This document shows positions 1 through 12,700 of a DNA stretch of 64,000 bases, piece by piece; the first letter of the stretch is position 1, and the number at the start of each line of letters is the position of its first letter. This DNA is from Phoronis australis (taxonomy: Eukaryota; Animalia; Phoronida), in assembly GCA_002633005.1 (NCBI GenBank), contig NMRA01000305.1:93401-157400 (forward strand), written 5' to 3'. Made by a program: the position numbers and the translations under genes. Under the pieces are notes generated by a model that was given only the letters and a program-made list of their open reading frames with translations, did no database searches and was not told the origin of the DNA.

Positions 1-164
1 TCTTTTGCTATTTTAAAAATTTCAATCCACTTCAGATATTGTCGACTTATCATGCAGTCTGTAACACACTACGAAAACAATTGCGTAGGCATGTCTGTCT
101 TAAGTAATGTATACGTGTCATCTGATATGCCATACACCGAATGTGACAAGACAACTCAGCAACT

Positions 165-520
165 CTTCCTGAGATAATCATTTTCAACGTCGTTGTTAAA
201 TTGGCTACAAACCAACCATCTGTCACAAAAACAGCTATAAAGTGAGAACGCTTGCAATGAAATTGGTCACAAATTGTCTCTCAGCCAAAATGAAAGTGAC
301 TTCTGGGCGTACAAATAACTCGACAGTTTACTGCTGCTCAAGACCAGTGTCTAAACGTTGATTTGATACGCGCGTCACTTTACGCGCAGAGCATGGTCTC
401 TGGCAATAACACACTGTCTGTTCTTTGCAAGGTCTTATATCACTTCTCATCTGTGTAAGAAGCAAGTTGAGACAATTTTTACAACCGTAATTCGTCAAAA
501 TAAAAACTGAATTTCTTTGA
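165..520. repeat. Old interspersed repeat, related copy at ~27105-27430
   Basis: Shared CATCTGTCACAAAAA, TTCTGGGC(G/T)TACA and GTTCTTTGCAAG blocks in the same order. Confidence 0.55.
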
Positions 521-662
521 CGGAATACAGGATTCTGCCAGTTATTGCGCGGGTCGCCAATTTCACACCGGAAAACCCCAACTAGGCTTTTTCAAGGTGT
601 TTCTTTTCGGGACAGCATATCAATCTCTGACATCGTCTCCAGTGACAGGGATGAGTAAGCCC

Positions 663-767
663 TCAGTAGTTCTTCTTGAGCTGTTCATTTTCAAACCTCA
701 GTCGTTCAACCTCAGCCACTAGCTGCTCGTTAACTGAATAGTGCTGAATCAGCTTCTTCATCTCTTC
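663..767 (-). CDS. NEDD1: NEDD1 last coding exon (EEMKKLIQHYSVNEQLVAEVERLRFENEQLKKNY*)
   Basis: Matches the NEDD1 C-terminus; TGA at 665-663. Confidence 0.93.
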   Translation of the reverse strand, partial: EEMKKLIQHYSVNEQLVAEVERLRFENEQLKKNY

Positions 768-3700
768 CTGCAAAATGACATGTCACGAGAAATTTAAAAA
801 AAGACCCTCTTGTGAGACGTCATGCTCACTTGGGCCAGGTGGAAACACCAGTTACTGTGGTATGAGTGGATGGCATTGTTCCAGCTGGCCCAGGATGAGG
901 TGCTGGTTTATCACAGGTTTCTGCGAATTGAGTGGACGGCGGTGTTTCTACTAGCCCAAGGCGAGGTTCTGGTCTCCCACAGGTTTCTGCAGTGTGAGTG
1001 GATGGCAGTGTTTCATGGCCCAGGATGAGGTCCTGGTCTATTGCATGTTACTACCCATCCACACCTGTGGCTCATTTTGCACATCCGAATTAGTTGGAGT
1101 AATGCAGGTTACGAGCCTTACTCAAGGACAAGACCATAAACCTGAAGCAGTCGGGGATGGAACCTATGAACTGTTGGTTGAGAGTACACCATCACTGCTT
1201 AGTTACAAGTTCGGGATGCCTTACTGTACTCAAGCAGTATCACAAATACAATAAAATACAACACGATACCAAATGTAACATTAAGTTGCTATTCATGAAG
1301 CTAATCGAAGGTCAATCCAAGATGTCGTTGTATATTAACCACTTTGAGGCTCAAAAGCTTCAAGCCACGTTTCAGAAAGATGTCAGTAATAACTACAACT
1401 GATGACTCATCAGTAACCAGCGAACTGTAATACATATACATATGGATGAAAATTTAAGTTTTAAATATCTTGTTACAGACCTATTTGTAATTAGAAAGGC
1501 CAATGCACAGCTAAATTTTCTCCAATGCAGAAATTTGGACAAACCATGCAGCAAAGCTATTTTACTTTTTTTAATATCTCATTGTGAAGTTATTATTGAG
1601 CGAAGTTTAGACAACGTGACTATTATCTTGGGACATCCCATTTCACATAAATGGAAAGTGGCAAATGTTTTGAATTAAATTTTACGACCCTCAGAAAAGC
1701 CAAGATGCGAAATGAGGCAAGTTCTTGTTTTCTATGGTTATGCGGTGGTCAGAATGGAGCTCACATTTGTCTTTTGACTAATAATAAACCACTACTGTAA
1801 CATTCTTACTTTAAAAGTTGTGTCGTTTTCATCCGCCAAACCTGCATTCAAACTAGACTTAAAGCTATAATTCTTTAGAGTGACACTTCTATGAGCTAGA
1901 ACTTAACTAGTTCACATAAAGTTCAACTGAGCAGAGCAAGTTTATTGCACCACATATCGCATAACATTTACGTGGCTCATGTGAGCAACAAATCTGCTTC
2001 TTCCTTAGGGCAAATCTCCAAATTTCTCAAAGATCCTGGAAGGGATTGAGGAGATACTGCTACAGATGCCGGACGTCAGTCAGAAGTGAGGGTAATTTAT
2101 ATTATCACATACCAACGGCAGCTAATCAATTATTAATTATCTTTCTCCCAAATTGAAGAAATTTTCCGGTACACGGTAAGAGATTTAAGCAAAAGATTGT
2201 TCCTTTACCTGATGCGTGTAGAACTGCTTGATCATATCCACGTGTAAGTTGAGAATATCTCGTCGCATCTGGTCACGCACTTCGTCCATGGCGTCCTCTA
2301 TCATGTTCTTGACAAACTCCATGTGGAATGGCTGGGTGGCTGAGGCATCACCTGGCATCCGGATGGCTGAGGCATCCCCCGGAGTCCGTATAGCTGAGGC
2401 GTCCTCCGGAGTCCGACTGGCCCCGGCGCTGGCACCCTCTCCAGCACCAACAAATGCTGTTGAGGATTCTGAAAGAAGAATCCCTTCAGACTAATGTGGT
2501 CAAGGACAAGACAATTAAAACGCAAAAGAAATATTGACAACAACAAATCATTTGAAATTTAATCCCAGACTTAAACCCAAATTTTCAAATCTTTCGATTT
2601 TTCACAGAGACCGCCGTTTTTTCCGCAAACATGAATGAAACTTGCAAATCTTGTTTGGGATTTTCTTTCAAAGCATTTCAGTTCAAACCCAACTCACTGT
2701 CCCTAGCACAGATTGAAAGGTGGCATGTACTGCCTAAGTGATGTCGTACACACGCGTTTTATTTCTTAATTTCATCAAAATGTGACCAAGAGTTTTTGAG
2801 ACATCGAGTGGATTACTGAACGCCGCACAGGATGACAACGGCTTGCATGCAAAAACTGTGGGCACATAAAACTTTTCGCTGAACTTCACCCCCGTTCTCA
2901 CCAACAGGTAGCTGGAATCTTGTCCTTGGCTCAGAGTCACCAATTGATCGCCTGGGAGAGTTTCCATTGACCAGTTCAGTGTCCGACTTAGCAAACCTGC
3001 TTTCAACGGCAGACGAGACAGACCTTGATGGGGATGGAACACTGTTAGCACTATTAGCGACACCTTGCAGGGAAGGAACACTGCCAGCGACACCTGGCGG
3101 GGTAGGAGCACTGCTAGCCACAACTGACGAGGAAGGAACACTGCTAGCGACACCTTGAGATGAACCTATAACACAGGAAATATATACCAATGCAATTACA
3201 CAACAACTTAAGAAAAGTGAGCCAGAAAAACATAGAAAGAGCATTCCATAACATCTTAGTCAATGTAAGATGGCACTAGTCGGATATAACGTGCCCACAT
3301 TTTGAGAACCAGTTTGATGCCCGTTACCCAGTGGAGAAAACTGGTTCTCAAAATTCGGGCATGTTATATCCGACCATTACCATGTAATACTACCCTGGCT
3401 ACGAGTAAACATCGATGGACTTGCTTCACGAAACTTACTAGCTCTTACCTTGGATTGAAAGCCTGCTAACGTGTTAAAATCTTACAAATTTTGGACGTAA
3501 TGTTTTTCCACATTCACGTTCTGCACCATAGCGGCCACTAGATACCATTTTAAACGTTTATGGACATTCACAATAATCTTAGAAGCCCTTGAAAAATGGC
3601 AGTTTGGCAATTATTTTGTCCGAAATAGGCGATACTTTTCTGTAACAATATAATTTATTTTGACCTTGTTTCAAGAAATCTCTTAAAAGGAAAATTAAGA

Positions 3701-6700
3701 CAAAAATTGACATTTGACCTAAATTTATTCTGTTGCAAAGTACACTGTTAAAGTTAGCGACACCTTATGATTATGTAAGACCTTACAAAAATGTGCAAAT
3801 TTGAACATCACATCTCAGCAATGACTGTCGCAATTCTTATGAAACTTTTAGATACTCTGTCTAATGCAATGCTCTCAAGGTTTTGTTTTTATAATGTTTC
3901 CACTTTTGTATGAACGGCCGCCAAAAAGTTTTACTTTGCAATTTTTGCTTAAGAATAAACGAGAGCAATGCAGGGCATTGAAATACTCCAACAAATGCAC
4001 CGCAAGTGATGTGCTTTCAGGGCTGATTATTTGTATCATAAAAATGGCCACTAGATGGTGCAAAATACTTTGAATTCATTTAAAAACGGGAAAATGTCAC
4101 CATTTCCCAAACAGAAAGCTATTTACCATATATCAAGAAAATCAAGGAACTTCTAATCAGAGGAACAGAGGAAAACGGAAAAAAATGAAATTGCCAATAG
4201 GGGGTACAGCGTTCGTCAGATCCATCTGAAACTCGTTGTCTTCCGTTTTCAACTTCATATAAATAGACTTGCTAAATATAATGAATATCCTGCAGAGGGC
4301 TTAGGAGATACAGTAGTCGAAGTCATCGGAAAATCATTGCCAACGATTATCTTCATAGTAAGAACATATATGCCAATTTTCACAATCATCCTTAGAGTGG
4401 TTTGGTTGATAGAGGAGTGGATGCCAAAAAACAGACTCAAAAATAGTAAAAATAACCACTAGATGGCGCAAAATGAATCAAATTTATTCGAAAACGAAAG
4501 GATAGCATCATCTCATTAATACATGCCCATGTGCCAAATTTCATGAAAATCGATTGAGGATCTTTGAAGACAAAGAGGCAAACGTAAAAAACTCAATCTG
4601 CCACTAATGGGCACAGCGGTATTTGGGTCAGTCCAAAACTCATCGTCCTCTGTCGTCAACCCCATAGCAAAAAACCTGCCAAATTTCAATAACATCCTGC
4701 AAGGGGTTTAGGAGTTACGGCCGTGGCTGTCGAACGCCCAGACAGAGATAACGGCAATATGTGCCCACATATTTATATGTGGGCATATAAATATGTGGGC
4801 GCATAAAAATTGCATAAAATGGAAACGAAATTATAAGAAAACCGAAACACCATTTTCGCAATTTCATCTTGAACAGCTACATGAAAAAAGTTTTAGAGTG
4901 AAAGCGGGTACAACCATTTCAATTTTCAAAAAAAAAAACAAGTCAAATTTTACTTATAAACGACCCAAAGCCTATGACAAGGTTTCTGAATAGTGTCACC
5001 TACCTTCCATCAACCGTTCACTATTTCTTTGAAATGAACTTCTTGGTGTGACCGATGAAGTTTTTTGAGGTGGTTTGGTCACAGACTCAATCTGAATGCA
5101 AAACAAAAGTGATACAGAAGTATTACACCATAGACAATCTAAGGGCTGTTCCAGCAAAATCTGTGTGGGAGGGGGGGGGGAAGGCAACTGAAATAAAAAT
5201 TTATGGGTGGTTGCGTTTGATTTAAATTCAAAATGGCTGGTGGTCGTACTTCAAAAAAATTAAAATTTACATGTCATTGTTGTTTCATTGGGCCATAAAT
5301 GTTTGATGGTGGGTAATTTTAGTACGGAATCAAAAACTGAAACAAAAATGCAACTTGCAAAAAGCTCCGATTTTTTCATTCCCTCCGATCTCCTAATTGG
5401 CATGCCCATAACATCAGTTAACCACAGGTGCTCGAATTTCTCGATGGCTAATAACCATATATAAGAAACATTTGTTTTTTTAGTAATGAATGACGTTAGT
5501 GGTGATGGAGGAACAGATAAACTCAAGCGCCTGTGCAGTCAACCACAAGAACAAAAAAAAAATTACGGGTGGTTGCATTTCAAACTTATAAAAAATTACG
5601 GGTGGTAGGCTGAAGAAATAAATGAAAAATATGGGTGGTGGGTGCAAAAAAGGTGCCTTCCCCCCCTCCCATACAGATTTTACTGGAACAGCCCTAAAAA
5701 GAAATCCATTCAAGTGTGAGTTTACAAAGAAAACACTAACAGCTTATTTTATTCTTACTAAAATGACATAGGCAAGAATTACATTTTCGAACTTCAAAAG
5801 TGGGGCCCCTGTAGGACTGCCAAAAACTGGGGGCCGGCCTCTAATTTTAATGTAGGGGTCCTACTCGTCAGTTGCCTTTAGTTTGGACCCCTATATAAAT
5901 ACTGACGGGTCCCAATTCTGAGGCTCGAACATGAATTTTTGCTTATGTCACTAAGAGTAAGTTATTAGTGAAGAAATCTCACCAAAGTTACCCAAAAATC
6001 ATCGTGATACTCAAGTAAAAAATGCAAGTGTTGGAAAATTGATTTCCATGCTTTTAAATTTTTTCTTTCAATTTTTCATGAAAGCGAGCGAGGGGAAGTG
6101 ATCAACCTTGGAAAAAATCAGAAAAATGGACGCAAAATTGTAAGCTAATGAAGAAAAGATTTTCTAATCTCTGAAATTATGTCAACAGACAAAAATATTA
6201 GGAATCAAGTACTTTTCAAGGTGGATGTTAAATTCTAATACAATTCAAGGTCACATTTTGCATAATAATTCTGTGTTAAAACTTCGTAAACTGCAGGAAT
6301 GACATTTCACAGATAAATCCTGTGTTTATACCTTCGTTGTTTTGGCGGGATTCTGAAACTTCAAGCACTGAACTGAGCTCTTATGTGCCGCAAACGTGCG
6401 CACCGGTGATGCCCCCTGCCTGAGATCATAGATATATACATTGCCGCGAGTTGAACCAACAGCCAGCGTACAGCCATCATGTAGAATGTCAATGGATACC
6501 AGGGGCTGGTCAGCCATCATTGTTTTCACAGCTCTGTAAATCAAAGCGATAGAAGAAACCTTCAAATTGTTCCTCATGCATAAAGATGAATTAATTTTTC
6601 TATACATTTGAGATAAAAATTTTGTAAAATTTAATCCAATGTTTCACTTCCAAATTCAAGAATGCAGAGTGGAGACAAAGGCAGCAGATAAATACTCCAA

Positions 6701-9700
6701 ACAGAGAGTACGTGCCATACTTTTTGTCCAAAATTTACAAATAATTTTCACTTTGCGCAACCCTCAAAGTGGAATTTGCACGCTAGTTCCTTAATTCCTT
6801 ATCTATATGATTGCTTGGTCAAATTAGTTGGAAACACATATAGCGACCACGTGACTATAAAGTAGGTTGAAAATTTTCAAATGTTTATAAAAACGAGTTT
6901 CGTAGCGAAAATGATCCGCTGCAAATCATTGAACTGTGTCCAGTAAGTATCGTGACGTGGTGTCTGGGAATAACACTGCATGATGCGGGCTATGTGAACC
7001 CTCGAGGTGCGTCAGTGTAAAGGTCACCTATTTACTGAATCTTTTGTTTTCACATTTACAAGTTGTCAATGAATATGACTGGACTTTGTTTCGCATAGAT
7101 TATGTTAAAATAGCATTGTCATTTAGTTCCTGCGATACATTAGCATAGTTAGGAGCATGCAAATGCATATCACCTTTAAACACCATATGGTTATCTTAAA
7201 TCACGACCATTTTATTTTTTTCTATGTAAGCACCCAAAGGAACTATAAAAAGTTAGCAATTCATAAACAGTTTGCATTTCCTAAATTTTACAGACATGCT
7301 TTTCATGGGTCCATATTTTCTTGTAGTCCATACACCTCCACTACGATTTGAGAAACCATTAAATTCGTCAAAAATTCGCACAGCAGTCCAAATCAAGGAA
7401 TACAACAACTTAATACAAACATCTGTACGAATTAATAGAAGAATTACTGTAACCTAAATGAAGTACACGGGTGGAAAGCGAATGCCATCGTCAACTTACG
7501 TTTTGCCCTGTACGTCGTAATACACCACTCTCTTATCGAGCCCCACACTAGTGAGGAGCATCTCGTTGATGGGAGAGAACGCCAGCCCGGTGCAGGGTGC
7601 GCGGTGCGTGTTTGTGAAAGAGTGCACTAGTCGGCGCGTGTTGGCATCCCACAAATTTACCGCACCATCGTCAGATGCAGAGCCTAGCAATGACTTCTTG
7701 AACAAGCTGTACTGAAGCTGTCTTACGGCCTACAAAATGCGACGTGGGATTGACATGAACTGAGCCTGAGACAATTCTCTACTGTCCTAGTAACAATCAA
7801 GAGGCTGAAGTGACTGAAGGTGGCGCTTTATTCAACTACGTTCTCCTAGTGACAATCAAGAGGCTGTTCAGTGATTTAACTTAAGGTGGCGCTTCATGCA
7901 ACCTGGTCTGTGGCAACAATCAGGAAGCTATTCGGTGACTGAAGGTAGCGCTTTATGCAACCCAATCTGCTGCAACACTACAGTCTCCGAGCAACAATCA
8001 AGAGGCTATTCCGCTACTAAAGGCGGTGATGTGGATACACGACTTTTCAGTTTTATGCAGTGTGCCAAAACTCAAATTAAGATCGCGAAAGGGGTGATTG
8101 TCATTGAGTTGACATGTCTATTCATTCAAAAACTACAGTAGATTCCTTTTGACAATTTTTGAAAAAAATGATGAAAAAGAAGTGAGTTGACATTTTTATT
8201 TTTCAGTAAAACTTGAGGCAAATGTTTCCAAATGATTTAGATGCAGACTGAACTAATTAATTCCAATTTTGAGTAACCAGACTACAACGTTGTTCAGTTA
8301 GCTTTAGCAGCGAGGTGAGCTATTATGATAAACTTTACATCTAAATGCTAATTTCACAAGCAATCAATAGAGTATGTCCATTCAGTGACGTCACCAACAC
8401 AGTAGCACTAGGCAGTATGCACTGTATACTCTGCTGATGATGTCATACACACAATGTGATGACATCATACCCTCTATACCGATGATGTCATCAACACAGT
8501 TGCAGTAGGCAGTACACAATGTATATTCAATGTGGTGATGCCATACACACATAACGATGATGTCATACCCACTGTGCAAGTGACATCAACATAGATATAA
8601 TAGGAAATAATTTTGTTGATATGCCCACAGTTTGATGACATACTTACTAACCTATTTCATGTCATCAACACAGTTACAATGCACAGCAGACACTGTATAC
8701 TCTGTCGATGATGTCATACTCACATTATGAAGATGGCATACCCATTGAGCCTGTGGTGTCTTCAGGCAATCTACACAACCAAATATTTCGTTCATAACTG
8801 AATATTCAAATTTGGAGAGCTCTATATCAAACTAAGGACAATGTGATTGTACATCAGAACATGGAAATGATGCATCAACAGGCACTTTAAGACACAGGGG
8901 GTGATGTACCTGACTCTTGGGAGCCACCAGAGGGCTTGACCCTTGACCTGTGACCACGTTGTACACGATAATCTCGCCCCGCTCCGAGCTTGAAGCGATG
9001 TACGCATCATTCCAATTGAACTGGACTGAAGTTATCGCCGCTTTGTGGTCCTGAAAAAGGTGGTAATGTTAGACATTTAGCAAAACAAAATAATTCCTGA
9101 ATTACCAAATTACAAGGACTGTAGTGCTGATAGAAAACTGATCTTTCTTAGTCTCTGTCACCCATTTGGTGAAGTGGCTCAAGAACTTAGACAGATATTT
9201 GGTCTCACGCTCCCATTTCAGAATTGGTGAATACAGGATTAGCCAAGTAAGAATAAGCACATGAAAGTCCAAATTTGGAGTTTTCATTAAACAGGCCCCT
9301 GATGGAGGTAAGGTAAACTAATTCACTTACTCAGCGACAGCGTGTTTGCTGTTTCAGATGTTTCAAGCTACACTATACGGTCCTTCGTCAATGACTGACG
9401 GATTGTCGGTGTTTTCCGCCGCTCCAAATAGAAGGAAGTTGAGGACCCTGTTTCATAAATTGAGACTGAGGACATCAACTCGCTCTTATATACAAGGTTA
9501 CACTACTTCTGGGTCACAGATCAACGGGACACACAGACAACCTCGTCAGTCATTGATAAAGGACTGCAGAATGCAGTTCGTAACATCCAAACAGCAAGCA
9601 TGCAATCTCTGAGTACGTGAACTTCTTTACACAACAAGTGCTCTTCACAACAGGAGACTGATAAGTGCAGTCTTCGGGCCAAGACACATAGTTACCTGAC

Positions 9701-12700
9701 ATATCCCGACTTACAAAAACCATGAACTCTTTCTTCCTCTTTTGCTTAAACGCCACGAGCTGAACAGATTAGGATAAACTTCTTGCCACAATTATTTGGT
9801 GGCTTAGTAAAACTTTTGTTGCAATGAAATATGATCAATTTTGTTAAATTTGAGTCAGAATTTAATCTGACATTACTGCGACTAGCACGTCTAATTGTTT
9901 ATTGGTGAATTAATGGAACAGCAATGTCAGTTGCAACGAATTTGATAAAAGTGAGTGGAGCAACACTAGTCGAGATTTTGTCGAGATTTATTTGGAATTG
10001 AAACAGGTTCTAGCCGAAAAGAAATACGTATTTTGTCGAGGTTTTGTATGCCAAAACATCAATGAATTTTAATGTTGCCAACTTAATTTGAAAACTACTG
10101 TATGGAACATCAGAAAGGCTTTTATCTATTGGCTGCAACTGATATCAAGTGGCTCAATTTTGAAAGAAATGTCAACCATGCCCACGTTTAGGAATTCATG
10201 AAACTCCTTTTTCCTTACACCCCAGAATGGATGTTTGGAGAGTAAATTACTTTCTGTTACGGTATGGAAAGTTTCGAGAGATAACTTGGGTAACTTGGGC
10301 TGCGTTTTGTAGACCCAAGATAGTCGCGAGAATACCTTGTTTTCTTATCACGTAACCCAGGAAGATTTCATTAAATGATTTCCGTGAAACGATCATGGTA
10401 TACCTCCAACCACGCTACGATTGAAATGGTAAAATCCATAGAGCATCTGATCAACTCTAGGGTAAAAATAAATGTTACCTGGCAAACACAGGATCCAATG
10501 GCAAGAACTTGACATTTCAAGCATGAACGTACAATTTCCAGTCGTGACTTGCAATCACTAAACCTATGCATAAAACCCTGGTTGATCTTTCTTAACCTCG
10601 CACAAACTAGATATTCCACGTCAGATACCATGTCATGGTTCCCTACCAACCAGTGTGAATGTATAGTATTCAACAACTTAAATACCTTATACGTTTTAAC
10701 TAGTTTCTGTTTCTTGAGATCAAACACGCTGATGGTTGTATCAGGACCTCCAGTGAGCAAGTAGCGAGAGTTGGTGTTCAGGGCCACACACGTCCTTCCC
10801 TCCTGCAACAGAGAATGTATGGTGATGACAATAACAATAACGATAGCATACAGGTAGCTAAACAGTCCAAGCTTCTCGGCTTCTCAGGGAGTATACAGGG
10901 ACCTTCTAGCTCAACAGTCCAAACTTAATTTATCTCGACTCTTCAAGGTGTATTTAGGGAGATACAACCTCATCAGTCCAAGCGCAATTTATCTTGCCAT
11001 CACTGGGACTATTCAAGGAGCTTTCGGCTCACCAGTACAAGCTTAATTCAGCTCAACTGATCAAGGTGTTTTAAGGGACCTACTAGCTCAACTATCCAAG
11101 CTTAATTCACCTTGGCTCATCAGGGTGTAACTATTCAAGGAGCTACAAACTCATAAGTCTGAGCTGAGTTTATCCTTAACCTGAGACCTGAGGTCACCAA
11201 CAAAGAAATGCCTGCCCGCATCAATTTCATCAAAGGCGTTGTGTTTTTTGAAAAGTTGAACAAAGGCAAGCCAATGTCAGAACACCATATCTGGTAAGAT
11301 TCATATGAAACTTTCAAATACAATTGCGCTTTCAAACACTACGTTTCAAATGCTACGTTTCCAAAGCTACGTTTCAACACTACCTCTCAGTCGCTACCTC
11401 TCAGTCGCTACCTCTCAGTCGCTACCTCTCAAACGCTACGTTTCAAACTCTACGTTTCAAACTCTACGTTTCAAACGCTACCTTCCAAACGCTACCCTCC
11501 AAACTCTACCTTCCAAACGCTACCTTCCAAACGCTACGTTTCAAACACTACGTTTCAAACGCTACGTTTCAAACGCTACGTTTCAAACGCTACCTTTCAA
11601 ACACTACCTTTCAAACACTACGTTTCTTACACTGTTTTTCTCCAAAATTCCGTAAAGTTATTGTTTCATTGTTATTTCATGCAACATTAATATCATAAAA
11701 TTCCATTCTCGATAAAAACTTGGAAACCTGTCCAAGTTTTTAGACCCCATAAGGAACATTTACATCAAGTGAAACTTGATCACGTTACTAAATTACAGTA
11801 AATTTCCTTGTTTTTGATTGCAATTTGATTGAATCTTTCTTTTTTTTGTTTAATTCTACTAAATCTAAAGTATAGTTATGTGACCCAGTGAATGACAAAC
11901 TGGGATAATGGTCAAATATAACTTGCCAGAATTTTGAGAATCAGTTTCGTCCACTGAATAACGGGCATCAAACTGGCTCTATTGCCACAAACTGGTATAA
12001 ATTCAGCCATTGCAATCAAATTCTACAGGCGTTCTAATTTAAAAGATATGTACTTTTGCTGTGTTAAATTTTGCAGATATCTGGCTGGTTGCACACATCT
12101 GTCGACAAGGTCCAACATACTCTTAACAGTGGGAACATTATTTTCCATTTACTGACAGCCTCTTGTTTTCTTTTGACTTACATTTAGAGCGACCTCTGAG
12201 GAACTGTAAGTTGAAGTTTTCGTGTAGGTTAGCACCACTTTGTCACCTGCTGTCGAAGCACTAGCAAGGAAACCATCTGATCACAATGTAAGGAGAAAAA
12301 GCAAATATCCTACAATATGGCAAACAGTCAGGGAAGTTCTAGATACTGTTCTAAACTTTCTGAGCTGTTCGAAGTTATGTTTACCGTTTACTCCAGTTAC
12401 TTACTTCCTGTCAAACATGCTTATCCAAGTTGAACAGACAGCAGTGTTCTCCACATCTGAAAATCTAAACAGGTCGCACGCGTAAAAACTGCAACGTGCC
12501 GGAACCGCACGGCGGTCAATGTTCTCCATAAGCTATTGCGCAGTTTTTTGTGCACCTTATATTTAACCACTCATTTTAATAGTAATGCACAGTAGTGCAA
12601 ACAAATAACTGTGTGTATTCAACTTTTTATTTTTTAAAGTTGGACTTATTTACAAACATATCACATATGTCATAACCCATTTGCTTAGTCAATGACTTTG

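Noticed and set aside
1398-1414. Perfect palindrome ACTGATGACTCATCAGT around an AP-1 site
   Set aside because: Single short motif with no hammerhead partner (GAAA) or other supporting context.
11305-11698. ORFs of 116 and 124 aa
   Set aside because: Translations of the 14-bp minisatellite.
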